60,739 bases of DNA, filler included, from Platydemus manokwari (GCA_037951405.1; 5 parts of 5 records of this genome joined end to end with filler, not necessarily neighbours in it); one strand, 5' to 3'. Positions 14,051 to 27,800 are shown, counted from the first letter of the whole stretch. Notes: a model not told the origin generated them from the letters alone. Translations and numbers: made by a program.

Positions 14051-14428
14051 TTAGTTATTCACATAAATCAAATCTATAATGCTTAATAGCTGTAACTAAG
14101 TGAGTAGGCATTTCAGTGCTCAACATCATAAAATAATTATATCTCAAAAACAATATTTTTCATTTCGTATTTTATTTTTATTTATATTTGTACTTTTTAT
14201 TTATTTATATTTTCATTTATATTAGTAAGTAATATCGATTATAATTGATTATATTATTATTATTTATAATGGAAATTCAAGATATTATCTCATTAATGTT
14301 ATTTATTTAACATTGTTGGCATTTACAATTTTGCTCATCTAGCGGGATTTATTGCCTCTGCGCTATTTTAGGCATTGCTATTTCGATTAAAACAAATATA
14401 TTAAAATTATAATAATATTAAAATAATA

Positions 14429-14775
14429 ATATCTATTTCAATATCAATATCAATCTCTATATTAATTCAATATCAGTTCTAACATCAATGCCAATGTCAA
14501 TATCAACATCAATACCTACTCCAATACCAATAGTAATACCAATATCTATTTCAATATTAATATCAATGCCAATATCAATATCAATCTCTATATCAATTCA
14601 ATATCAGTTCTAACATCAATGTCAATGTCAATATCAACATCAATATCTACTCCAATACCAATAGCAATACCAATATCTATTTCAATATTAATATCAATAC
14701 CAATATCAATACCATTGTCAATATCAATCTCTATATCAATTCAATATCAGTTCCAACATCAATGTTAATATCAAT
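14429..14775. repeat. Minisatellite: ~131-bp higher-order unit (~2.6 copies) built from AATATC-like hexamers
   Basis: AATATCTATTTCAATAT starts at ~14428, 14541 and 14672; the internal AATTCAATATCAGTTC.AACATCAATG occurs three times. Confidence 0.9.
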
Positions 14776-15349
14776 CGAAAAACTTGACAAATCATTGGTA
14801 ATTTTATTAAAAACTTTGTATTTCTTTTAATTATTAAAGTCGTCAACAATGTGCACAAATATCTTTCAATGAATTTTATAAATTATCGATTTGGAAGTAG
14901 ATCTAGTAAAAGGTTATCAATTTGATTCTCGATAACAACTTGATTCTATTTCAGAAATTGACTTCCTCATCACAAACCAAGATGATAACTTGATAAATCT
15001 TAATGATAACTAAATATCATCAAATCTTCATATTAGCCAGATTTAAATGAAATTTATTTTTTAATGTCACTGATAAACACTCTAACTGATGACGACTGGG
15101 AGTTGAATGCTCAGATCACAATGCGATGAACTGACATCAAAAACAACACGGCATTAGTTGCTTTCTGTTAGGTTATGTCCCACAGTTATGATTGCAATAT
15201 TCGCCTAGGTTTTATTAAATATAGGCTTGGCTATCCGAAACGATTCCTGCAATTTAATGTGGACATTCTTTAGGATGAGTAACGTGATTAAATAAAGAAA
15301 GACATTGTATTTGTTTAAATAATTAGAAAGTTTGCCAAAATTTCCATAT

Positions 15350-16950
15350 TCAAAAATTTGATGTTAGAATTTCAAATGAGGCTGCAAAATGGATGCAAGA
15401 TGCAGAGGAGTGTCTATTAATTAATAGTCTCAGCCTGATTAGAGCATTCGATTTATTACTTTCAGACCAGGCAGACATTTTGTGAAAAAACTTCGAATCG
15501 AAAGATACCATAGAAGACTTGGCTAAACCGTGGTTTGAAGATACATTTACATTCAAAAACTCTATGATGGATATGATTGTCGACCTTGCAAATGTTCAAC
15601 AGTAGGAGAGCAAACGGTTTGCCACCTTCAAGATAAGAGTTCACAGATTGGTTGACGCCGTGATGAATTTCGGATTGAAACAAGACTCCATAGTGAAAGA
15701 TATCATTAGCAAGAGAACGTGATAAGATAGATTGAAAGACGCTCTTTCCCTGAAACCAGACATGGATATAACAGAAGTTAGGAGTGCTGCAAAGGTGTTT
15801 GAAAATCGAGAACAAAGCTTACAACGAGATTCTCAGGCAGTCAATACAATTCCTAGAGACAGCTATGTTCAAGCCCTGAAAACTGGAAGAAGCAACCGGT
15901 GGAATAACAGGTTCAAGAAAGCAACGAGTAAAGTAATTATAAACAACTCCATACTATCAGAACACAAAACCCCGAGTCGATAGCTTCAGAACAGAAGACC
16001 ACTTCAGGTAGAAAGACCAGTGTATTCAATGTGATTCATGTCAAAAACAATCATAATAAGTGTCGAGGTATGCCAGGCTTAAAAGAATAACGCTGGCGTG
16101 GAGATAATTGCATCTGCTGTGGAGAAAGCGGCACTACAGAAGTACATAAGCCAGTGCCTCCTAAAGCACAAATATTTAATATGCGAACAAGAAGACCGTC
16201 ATTTAAGACCATGCCACGAGGTATCAGACTTAGAGTAAAAAGTAGAATTTTATGTATTCAAAACTTGATCGAGAAGCGATTTTCTCCAATCGAAGACCCA
16301 GTGATGCATCATGTAGAAAATTAAAAAAACCACAACAACTCTGTCGCATACATTTCGTCGGTGGGGTTGAATCAGTAGATAACAGGAAAAATCTAAATGG
16401 AAAAAGACATGAAGAGATGTTTAAGTAAAGTGTTGATCAACGGAGCTGAAGCATAGATATTATGGGATTCGTTGGCGTCTTTTTCAGTGATTAGCGAGAA
16501 CTATTGAAAGCAAGTGGGAAGTCCAAAATTACAGGATAGTTTGATTACACTTAGTGAGTTTTTTCAACGGATGCCGAATGCCATCTATGTTATTCAGGTG
16601 TGATCACCGAGTGGAAAGAAAAGAAAAGAAAAATAAAGGGTTAGGTGATGACACGATGAATGCATTCGTGATCCAGCTGAAAGAGATGGCCACAATAAAT
16701 TCATCACAATATATATATGACGAAAGATAGAAAGACGCAATGAAAACGATTAAAACTGTGAACACGGGCATAATTGGGAGACTCATCAATGAATACGGAA
16801 AAAATATCCATGGCTTCAAAATTGGATCTAGTTATTTACGATATTGTAATTACCGGAAATCTTTTTTCGCAGAATCTCAGAAGACAGCCCATGTACTTAG
16901 AAGCAAAAATTGAAGATGTGATAGAACGAAATAACTGAGCGTAATGATTA
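15350..16950 (+). mobile_element. Decayed Ty3/Gypsy gag-protease region
   Basis: Gag-like fragment at 15732-15983; zinc-knuckle remnant CICCGESG (~16110-16135); aspartyl protease remnant V.INGAEA*ILWDS.ASFSVISE (~16430-16500); pre-RT motif RRQPMYLEAKIE (~16880) similar to ~7888 in the other relic; many stops. Confidence 0.7.
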
Positions 16951-16989
16951 ACCGTTTTGTTGGGGTTCAAAAATCCTCCAAAACTAATT

Positions 16990-17290
16990 TATAGACATCA
17001 CTAAATTCAATACTCATTTCCTGTAACCACTGATACTTGCAATATTTTCTTGATTCAATCTATTATCTAAAAGGTTGTTTTCATTATTTACATTGAATAT
17101 GGGCCAAGTTCTTTATCATATAAGCTATAAATATTCATATATTCCTGCAACTACGACGGTCGTTGATAAAGTGTCCCAACCACGATATATGGTGTAATTC
17201 GGACTTTTTCCTGTATTGAGATTGTACTACTTAATCATGTCACGCTTTTCATCCAAGCAAACATTTGATGTCTGGTCACATTTCAGGTTC
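16990..17290 (-). mobile_element. LINE apurinic-endonuclease fragment
   Basis: Minus strand at ~17158-17190 reads IVVGTLYQRP, resembling the IVGxxYRPP motif of CR1/L2 endonucleases; otherwise degraded. Confidence 0.4.
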
Positions 17291-18775
17291 TTGGTTCATT
17301 TTTGAATGACAATCTGCGAAATAGCAAGATATTGGATACCTTCTTGTTGATATCATATTTTAGTAGTGGAAGAACCAGGAGATGAAACTCAGGCTCTTCA
17401 TTAATACAATCCAGAATGTGTTTTGTTTAGTTTTTTCAACGATGTATGTGTTCCAGTCGATTAGTCAAAAGACGATTTTCCTAATTGAATAGTTTTGAAA
17501 CGAAAAGGATAAATAAAAAGTCTCAAAGTCTTGGTTCATAATCGCAATAAACAGTTTTCTTTGTTACGTGTAATTTTATTTGAGTTGTAGACTTAAGCTG
17601 CAATGATTAACAGTCATTGTGAGTTTATGTCTTCGGTGGTAACAGAAAAAATACTTGAGCTTGAAATAAAAAGAACTATAGGTCTTCAAATGGAAAACCA
17701 GCTGTAATCATAAAGGTTTTACATTTAAATCAGTGAGGTCTAAATTTTCTTCAACCATCAGGAATTTTCTTGGAATTTATTATCTTGTTAAAGCATGTTA
17801 ATAGCCACACAGTAACACATGCATCGGATTAATCACAAACAATAACACTAAATCAATATATCCAGTTGGTACTTGAGAAATAAAAGATCAACTCAAAATC
17901 TAAAATAATGACTACACAAATCTCAATTGTAAATATAGCATTGAGTGATAAAATAAGGAAATCAATTTTGGATGAAGGTGAGCGTTCCAACATAATCGTT
18001 AATAAAATATTCAATATACACGATATGTTTTGCCTGGCTCTTTTTCGATGACAGAAATACTCTAAGCAAGTATAGGCAAAAGAGATATTACCGAATCCCT
18101 GTCATTCATCTGATTGGAAATGATTTCATCATGTCAAACAAAGTTTTTATCAAACATATAATTATGCTATTTGTGACAAAAATATTGATGGTTGTCATTG
18201 AATAATGTCAATTTTTTACAAGATTTGAAGACAAAGCTAAAAATTATCAACAATTATTTTACATTCACATTTCCAGTCAAATATTGTACAAAATCACAAA
18301 ACACAAAATCGACAAGATGTCACTCAAATCCAGACATGAATAATAATCTGTTGATGTTCATATAAAATACAAAATATCGATATTTATGAATAACTGTGAA
18401 ATCAAAATATTATCGATGTTTATAAAATGGCACGCTAATTTCTGAAAAATAAACAATTTAAAAACAACCAATAGCATTTAATTTATTTTAGGAAATCGTC
18501 AAATTATTGATTGAATGGTGTTTGATAAAAATAAAAAAGAAAATTTTAATCAGTTATTGTTTAAATGACATCTCACACTCGTGTTTATATTAGGATTGTT
18601 TTAATTAATCAGATTATTTTTATCAATAATTTATTATAATTAAATATTATCAGAAAAATGTTTGTCATTATTTAATAATAATTGTTAGCCGCTCATAGTA
18701 TTTAGAAACTACAAACTAAAATCAAAACAAAAAAAGTCAAGACACAATCAATTCTATTTTAAATCCAAATATTTA

Positions 18776-18875
18776 NNNNNNNNNNNNNNNNNNNNNNNNN
18801 NNNNNNNNNNNNNNNNNNNTTAATTAATTAANNNNNNNNNNNNNNNNNNNNNNNNNNNNNNNNNNNNNNNNNNNN
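18776..18875. other. Artificial contig-joining spacer
   Basis: 44 N + TTAATTAATTAA (stops in all six frames) + 44 N; the identical structure occurs four times. Confidence 0.97.
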
Positions 18876-18880
18876 TGTTT

Positions 18881-18899
18881 TTATTATTATTATCATTAT

Positions 18900-18935
<36 letters not shown>

Positions 18936-18965
18936 TATTATTATTATTATTATTATTATCATTAC
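18881..18965. repeat. Compound (ATT)n/(AAT)n microsatellite
   Basis: An (AAT)n run abuts (ATT)n runs at the contig start. Confidence 0.9.
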
Positions 18966-21900
18966 TAATTCTTGCATTTAATTAATATAGTTAAATCTTG
19001 TTTTAACTTTTTCTAGTTATTGAGTTTATTATTTTTTTTAATATTTATTTTCTGGCCTGTCAAACTTGAGCTATCGATATATTTATATTAGCGAAGCCGT
19101 AAACAAAAAACATTCCCCAATGAGTATATTTAAACAAAACATTTCACATAATCCCAGAAAATAACGAACTACCAAATAAATATGGCAAGGGAATACGGTA
19201 TACAGATCTCTGGGTAGCCAAATAAAATAATCAAATCGTTATTTGAAAAATGTTTTTGCCACTGTATTGCTCTTTGACTTTAAATTTCAGTTGTTATATG
19301 CGGGTAATGTTATCCACATATTTGATATTGTTCGTTTTTCTTCTAGAATGTTGTGTCGTAGTTTATATTAATAGATTCATATTTTTATTTTTTTACATTC
19401 AACGTAGGTGTTATAAATATCGACGTTGTATCTCTTCGTTGTATTCTAGGCGTGGCTCTGAGTAACTTGTTGATGTTGTAAACAGAAATTATAAATTATT
19501 TTATAACACGATATTATTAGTTTCATTGCTATACGTGATATACAATAACTATATTATAGGATGATGGAATTGCATTTGATGAATATCTAGGATTACTATA
19601 GGTTAGGATTTTTAAAGGAAAAAATAATAATATATTTATAATAATACAATAATTATTATTATTATTAATATTATTTTGATGCTAAGATATAACAGGTTAA
19701 TTAATAAATCTGGTGGTTATGTTCATCCTGACCAGGTTATTTAAATAATCACAGCAAATTAAATTTAAAATCTGTGCTGATATACACCAGTTTTACCGAG
19801 AAATGTTTTTGAGTAAAAGAGAATTGTCTTTGATAATCGACATGATGAATAATCGACTTAGTTTGTGCATTTTCAATGGTAAATTAACTACATTTAGATA
19901 AAAATTAAATAAAAAAATAAAATTTGAAACGAAAAAGCATATAGTGATTGGAATTAAAGTAGATTTTCTTCATTCTGATTCGCTTACATAAAAACGCAGA
20001 TTTATGTTTTATAATTTTCTCAAACCATATTTTGCGCGCTGAGTAATAATAGTAAGAAACAGTAAGGTTGAAGCAACGACAATGTTCATGCAAATTCTGA
20101 AACTGAATCCCTTTATAACTTATCACAATGTGTAATTCCGAGATTGAGTTGTAAAATGTTGTGCTGCTAATGACAAGCTTTATCAACCAACTATGCTATT
20201 GACTATGCAATTATAAATCATAATTATCTAGTGTTTAACTTAGGAAAAACAGAGTAAAACCCACTTATCGGTGGGCTCGATATCCACCCTAAACAAAAAA
20301 TAAGTTATGAATAGTTTGATAGAGCAAAGTTGAATCTTGACATTGGATACTGATAATCTAAACACGATAAATGATAGTACAATAGTTTGCTAAAAAGATT
20401 ACATTTATTTTGTGGACTTCCTTTCATATGAATTTGACATTTATCTTTGATATATAGAAAATGGCAGGATCACGCAGCACTAGACTTTCAAGAGTAGAAT
20501 TATATTAAGAGTTGATCATATTATGCAACAGTTGGATATAGTTGGTGCCTGTTATCATCACATTAAGAGACATAACATCAAGACTGCGTTGACCTCACGT
20601 GCAATTGCTAGAGTTTTTTAAAGTTGATGAAATGAAATACAATAAATCGAGAAAAAAATTATTTTGTATGTGCTCGCATTTCCTTTTTAATTTATATAAT
20701 TTTATAAACTGAGAAATAATAATAATGGGAATTATTACGAATGAGATAAAGTTAATTATATAAACAAATAAGAATGAGAATAAGGTACAATTGTGATTAA
20801 TTTGGGTGGTTTATGTTTTATATCCCTTATAGTTTAGGATACCATGCACTTTAAAATGTTTATCTGGGTCATAGGGGATTTTTTGTTTAATAACAACTAT
20901 TGTATTGTTAGATTAGAATTAACAGTAGAGACTGTATATGTTACTCACTCTTAGTTATACAGCCAGAATGAGTTTCTTAACTGTTAGTTACACAAGAACC
21001 ACCTGCAAATTCTCGTTTATTACTGATTATTAGAGTTTTACCTTATTAAAAGCATATCAAGTGTTGTATTAAAAACAGTATATTAAACAGAACACTTTGT
21101 AAATTGCTCTCAATGAGAACTTAAATAGCTGAAAACAGTCCGATATAGCTGTATAATCAATTAAGTTGGACCAGTACCAAACGTCAGAGTTCGAAATGTC
21201 AGCAATTCATAGATTTATTCAGCTATTTAAAGGCAAAGGCTTTGCATCTTTCCCAATGTTTTGCATACCTTGATGTATCGAACTTTCTTTTATTATCACT
21301 AAATATAACTTGTCTGTAATAGCATCGCAAAATTTTTAAATAATTTTCTTACACGTTTCACTTCAGGTTTTCATAATTTACTCCAAACGATCTTTGCAAT
21401 CACTCAACTTATTGTACATAAGGTTTTTGGAATGGTTAATTATTCCTCGTTTTTCGTTGGTTATAAAAGATAATATCATTGTTAATAACATCAATAGCAA
21501 TTATACAAATAAAATTGTGAATTTTCTTTACTAACAATTATATTCTTTGAAAAGAAATTTTAATTCTTTTATAATGTAAACATGGACCAGATGTCATCAT
21601 TTCGAAATACGCCACGGGTAAAACAATTGTAATAAAATGAATAATTATATTCGAAAAAATAATCATTTCTATCTCATATTCATCATTCTTCTTCAATACA
21701 CTGCTAAATCAATGGATTTCACAAATTTTAGAAATAATCAATTCTAGTATTTGGTGACATTAATTCATCTTTCAGAACTCTGGATTAATAATGGGATTCA
21801 TAAAATGAAAACAATTTAAATCAATTAGAGATTTGTTTTTACAGTTTATTTTTAAATCCCGTACTTTCACTAATTGATCCGATTCATGAATGCGGAAATT

Positions 21901-22660
21901 GTTTGGAATGGGTTTTACAATTATTCTGTGCCATTATTATCAGATCGATACAATTTACTAAAAATAAAATGTCAGCATGGAGAAATTAAAATTGTTGTTT
22001 TGCGAACGATTTGTTATTGGATTAAAGGACTTCAATAATTTACAGTTTAGGAATTAATAGATTATATATAAATGAAGGATAATTATTAATGTTTCACTTG
22101 CAGTAACAATGTTTAGAGGTCTATCAATTAGTAATGCTTTGATTGGTGTAAGCTCGTAATGTGGTTATTATATTTACAATTTAATACACTTGCTATGCTT
22201 TGACCGGGTCCCCGGTCTGCTTATTTAAAGAAAAATAAGGAAATAAAAATAAACCGTCCTTGTTATTAATTGTTGTCTTTGTTTTCGACACTTTATTCCG
22301 AAATATGTTCATTTTAAAGACTGAATCTCGGTTAATATCACCTGACGTAAAATCACCGATTAATATCAATTCAATAAATGTTTTTAATAAATTTTTTTAA
22401 TAAATTTAATGGATCACTTAAATAAAAGATATTGCATAAATCGAAAAACGAGCTCATAATTAAAAAGGATCACCTCAACATAGATCTTTAGTTTGCCCTC
22501 TTATCAGTAATCACACATAATCGCACTGATGAGTTTATTTTCTTTTTATTTTAAATGTAACGTGGTAGCGTTCAAATGTCTGTCGGGGCGAATACTAACT
22601 CTCCAGCACTGGCCAGCCGAAAAAACAAGTGTATAACAGAGCTATTCGACAATTTTTTAA

Positions 22661-22893
22661 CCCTTTCAATACGACTTTTGGCCAGTGAAAATATTTTTGT
22701 ATAACTGAACTATATGTGCTGCAAATAAATAAAGAAACATATTTACATAATTTCAGATTTTTAGAAAATATGGTTTTTTGAAAAAATGTCTTGGGACACA
22801 TATGTCCCTGCAGTAGTTTAATGCGAATATTTTTCGCATCAGTAATTTTTGAATATTCTCTGGGACTTATATATCCCCGCAGTATTGAAAGGG
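22661..22893. mobile_element. piggyBac-type MITE (233 bp)
   Basis: TTAA target duplication (22657-22660 and 22894-22897); perfect 12-bp TIR CCCTTTCAATAC/GTATTGAAAGGG; subterminal direct repeats TGGGAC..ATAT.TCCC.GCAGTA at 22792 and 22861. Confidence 0.92.
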
Positions 22894-24287
22894 TTAAAGA
22901 TAATGAGAAAGGTTCAAATAAAGAAATATCAAGTCAGAATAACAGAAACATCGATTTTATAAATTCAATTTAAAAGTTGACATGATGACTTGTGTTACCG
23001 TGCCTTGAAAACTGTCATGTTTATGTATAATATTCATTAGTTGTTTAATAAAGGTTTTGTACAATTAGGAATTGATAAAGGTAGATTTGTTCCTGTACTA
23101 ACCTGTATGTGTAGCTAGAAGTCTCTATTAGGTGGTCTAAGTTTGTACAGGAATCATATTCTCGATTTGACTTATCTTAAAATAGTAACATCGATTGAGT
23201 CATTATTTTAAGGATGAGAAAGTTGCAATCCGATTAGAGTGTTTAAAGGTAAAATTTCCCATCAAGTATTTTCAAGATCTAAGTTAATGATCGTTCTCTT
23301 AACAATCGGGAGCTCTCATTAATTGAAATAAATTCCTTGATTTTTATTCTGGCACATTATTACCGCTAAATAAATCAAATCAATTTATTTATTTACGGAA
23401 AAGAAAATAGGTGACACAGGGTCTATGTTTGGCAAGCATGTTGTAAACAAACGAGAAATCGAGAAGAATATTTCTTGATACTAACAGGATTACTGTGAAA
23501 TAAATCGAAACGAAATCAACATAAACACTCGATCATATTTTCGGTAACTTAAAAGCGACGTCTACAATCTCTGGTAAACAATTCTTAATAACTCTAAAGA
23601 CAATAATACAAAAAATTATATTTTTTGCTAAAAATGAAAGGGAATGCATAAATTTCTTCAGTGGGAGAGATAGAATTCAATGAGTTCCATACACATCGTT
23701 GTGAAATCATCTCAATACAATCGTCCAATCATCGTGGAATAAATTATAATAAAATTAATTATACTTTTTATCAATACTGGAGAAAGTTGAGAGAGTTTAC
23801 GGTTCTGATTATGCTGATTTAATTTACGAATTTATTTTCCTTGCATTGTCTGGTCTTTCGGATATTGATTTGATTTAAATTTAATAACTTTATCTTGACA
23901 AAAACAAGTATTTCTATATTCGACAGTCAACAACCCGATTTTACGCTTTCAATTGTTTTCATTTATTTGACACCACTAATCATTCTACGACGCACACTTA
24001 TTGCATGGTCGGTAGGTACGCATCGACTGGAAAACTAGCAAGTAAGCATGTACAATTAACAAGAACAAAAACTTAATTTTGTGAAAACCCTAAAATGAAA
24101 TTTAAAAGTCTGCTGGTGATAATCGTTATAAAAATAATAATAAAATTTATTTTCAAATCAATTTTATTGCTAGCTCAGTGTTTCACTAAAAATCTGAGTC
24201 ATTTAATTCATTCTCAATTCGATATCCTCTGTTTATCGCGTTTTTAATAAATCATTCATCGGCTGAGGAGATATTTAAACATCAATT

Positions 24288-24881
24288 TTAAAATCTTGTC
24301 ATTTGCCTTGTGTACCTTAAAGCTGATGAGTAAGTGATTAATAAGCACACCCGATTACAATTTGCATCAAATTTCACAGATTTATCCACGATTTTCCCAG
24401 TAGTTTTCTTCAGACACGACTTTTTCGGAGCAACATTGAATTTCGGAACATATTTGGAACACTGATAGATGATGGTACCTTTATTTGCCGGTGTTTGATG
24501 AGAACCGACAGATTGGTCATTGGAATCACTAGAATGTGTAACGAAAACAGATCGAAGAAATGAAGCCACTCCCCATGAATGGTTTTGGATTTGTGAAATC
24601 TTTTGACCTATCAACATTTGTATGGCCTCATATTTATGGCTGTAACAATGGCAGAGAAATACCTCTGATTTCGAAAGACAGATCGCTGATGCAAATCGAA
24701 CAATCGAAAAATATTGTTTGTCATAATTTTTATTCTTCATGTCGATATTCATCTGTTTCTGGTACAATCGACGAATGAAGCATTTGTCACACTGCAGTGC
24801 ATTTATAATAATAGAATATTGGTGATCGTCTAGTGAGCCTTGACCAAATATTAATGAATCGTTGCTATTATAAGTGTACAT
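24288..24881 (-). CDS. 197-aa orphan protein with C-terminal PP1-docking motifs (SILK-like KSCLKK + RVxF KSVKF); candidate PP1 regulatory subunit
   Basis: Long ATG ORF in AT-rich DNA; C-terminus PKKSCLKK...KSVKFDANCNRVCLLITYSSALRYTR. Confidence 0.65.
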   Translation of the reverse strand: MYTYNSNDSLIFGQGSLDDHQYSIIINALQCDKCFIRRLYQKQMNIDMKNKNYDKQYFSIVRFASAICLSKSEVFLCHCYSHKYEAIQMLIGQKISQIQNHSWGVASFLRSVFVTHSSDSNDQSVGSHQTPANKGTIIYQCSKYVPKFNVAPKKSCLKKTTGKIVDKSVKFDANCNRVCLLITYSSALRYTRQMTRF

Positions 24882-27800
24882 CGTTAAGCTAAGACTTTAT
24901 TTGTTTATGTTCATTCGATTAAATTCTTTACTTAAACAATTTATTTTTATTTTACATTTCCTTGAAAACTATTATGTAATAGGTATCATATTATTATTAA
25001 TAAATTATTATTATTGATAAATTTATCCATCTTTGCTATCTGGGTTTTTATGAAGTTTAATTTTATTTTAAAAAATACATCCATGTTCGCTAGTCTTCTC
25101 GTACTTAAACAGTGAGCCAGTCGTTACCACCACCACTAATAAATGAATATGAAACTAAAAATGTTGTTGACTCCGAGATTCAGCAAATTCCAATCCGGAA
25201 AATTTTTAGTTCCATATTATTCTCTTTTTTTACATCAATAATCATAAGCAAACAGATAATGGGATTTATTATTTGATTCAGCCAATGAGTTATATACATA
25301 CGAATTATTATTCGAATAATATATTCTGTGACGAGATTTCATGAGATAATAAATCCAAAAGGTTTGTCAAATACAACAATAAACTCGATGAAATCTAATT
25401 GTTAGTCTAATGAAAATAATGAAGGTTATTTGAAAGTGATTTAATGACGGATGGCTTTGACTATTTCTGTAGAACGTTTCCATTGATTTTCTGGATTTTT
25501 TCTGTAGTCATGCTTATCTGTCACGAAATCACAATGATGTCAGTTATACTTGTAGAAAATTCATCATATTTAGAACCATCCTCTCAGAAATCTTTGGTGT
25601 TCAGCTCGATATTCGAAATGTTAACTAATTTAATGAAAATTTAAAACTTAAAAATGGCTCGAAGTCTTCTTTCATGGACCCTTTATATCACAAATTCCAA
25701 AGATAATGTCATAAACTCGTGAAAATATCGATTTTACGTTAATTTTTAATCTTGTTTTTTCATATTTTTAAATTATTGTTGTTAATTCCAACTAAGCCAG
25801 AACACTTAAGTAGATTACAAAACTTTCAATCGAGGATTAAATATTTATAGAATTGGTACGTTTGGGCCTTATTGATTTTATTGTTTTTTAATCTCCTTTC
25901 TATTTGATATCACGGCTGACTTAATTAGTCTCTATGATCTTTTTATTAAGGCCTTGGGTGTAATCTACATTATTTGTTTAATTTTCACTTCGCACAACCT
26001 TACTGTGTGAAGACACTAGGTGTGGCAATAGTGACATAACTTATCTGTTGGTCTCAATAAATGTAGCCTATCTAAATTACTGACGATGACACCATTGACT
26101 ACAAAACATAATTTATAAATAACTAAGGCTTCTACTACCAATGTTTATTAATAACTGACACCGATACAAATTGACTAACGATGATTAAATAACAATTACA
26201 AATCGATTTTATACTACACTATACATCAATTTATAACGAACATTGACAACTTCTCAGTTTGAAGAGACGTTTGATAAACCCCACATTCTTGGGTAAAAAC
26301 CGTTTACGGAACGAAATTTGAGACACAGCTCGATAATAAGAAGTTACAGATAATATTATATTAATCAGAATTTGTATCTTATTGTAGGGAATACTGATAT
26401 TTGACATACGGTTCTTCAATACGGAATAATGTGTCCTATGCCCGTATATAAGAATCGATGTATCTCCTATTAAATTTATTATAACGAGAAATATTCTCTC
26501 TGATTAAATGTAATCGACTGAATATTTTATTCAGTGAATGAATTTATGGGCGCGATAATAGATGGCAATTTATTTATCGATGTTATTTCGCGATAATATA
26601 TTGCGTGTTGTTATTTTATAAATTAATTTATCATTTAGGGAATTTCAATGAATTTGCTCAGAGTGGGATTTACTGATATTATTATTCTTAGATATTTAAA
26701 ACTAATAATTATAAATAAATACTAAATATTTTTACTATTTTAAGCTGATTTCACGTGAATGCTCTGACAGTTGTTAAGATATAGGAAATACACTCTGGTT
26801 AAATAAAATTTAATGCAATAAACATTAATGCACATGCCATACGTATTGTCATGATTGTTATAAAAAATTATACAGTGTTGCACACAGTTTTAGTCTGAAT
26901 TAATCATGTGGTCGAAACCTCAACAGAATTATAACTGTCAGCTTCAGTTAGTAGGCTTCACAAAATAAAGATATCGAGTCAGAATTATTTCCTGGTTGCA
27001 ATGCAATACTCCGGTTAGAATACAGTTAATACTATTATGTTGTATTTCATCAAATAGTATGACACCACTCACGGTTTCTACCAATATTACAAGTCTTCAA
27101 TATAAAACTCATGAACTTAATAACTACTTGAATTTCATGATTTAAATGCGAATTTCTCTTATTCATATACAAAGCCATTATTGACTCTATAGGTTCCTTC
27201 AAATATTCAAATAAAACAATAAATTTAGTAAAAATTCTAATTATTTTATACAACACGAAATTTTTGTTAACAAATATAATAAATTCATTTTGCTGTTTTG
27301 AATTCAATTTTCGGATACTAACGCCATCTTGAGTGATATCTTTTATTGGTTTACTTTGATTTCTAATTGTATTTGGTGACGATTTGAATTTGAAATTTGA
27401 TTTAAATCATCGTTTTCAACATTAAGCGTCAGTTAATAATCCAACTGATCGATAATTTCTCAAGTCAAGCAAGCCAATGGGAATTGTTGAGTATTCCATC
27501 TCAAAGTAATTGTGGTGCTTTGTGAACTGCAACGTTCTTAGCACGATTGATTTTTTTAATAAGCGCGAGTAACTAATCGAAAATTTGTTATAATTCTCAT
27601 TATAATGATTTATCAATATTTCAATTAAAGATGTTGATGTTGCTTCTTTCAACACACAAAATTCCTTGAAAAACAATTACTGTGCAAGTGGAGATTATTG
27701 CTCGAAAACCTCATAAAATAATAATCGATTTTTTCAGCATAACTGACATGATTTAGCTCGAATTAAATCGAAATTCCTTTATTCATAAAAATAAACTTGT

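Noticed and set aside
14429-14775. CRISPR-like or coding interpretation of the periodic repeat
   Set aside because: No unique spacers, eukaryotic context, and the 131-bp period breaks the reading frame
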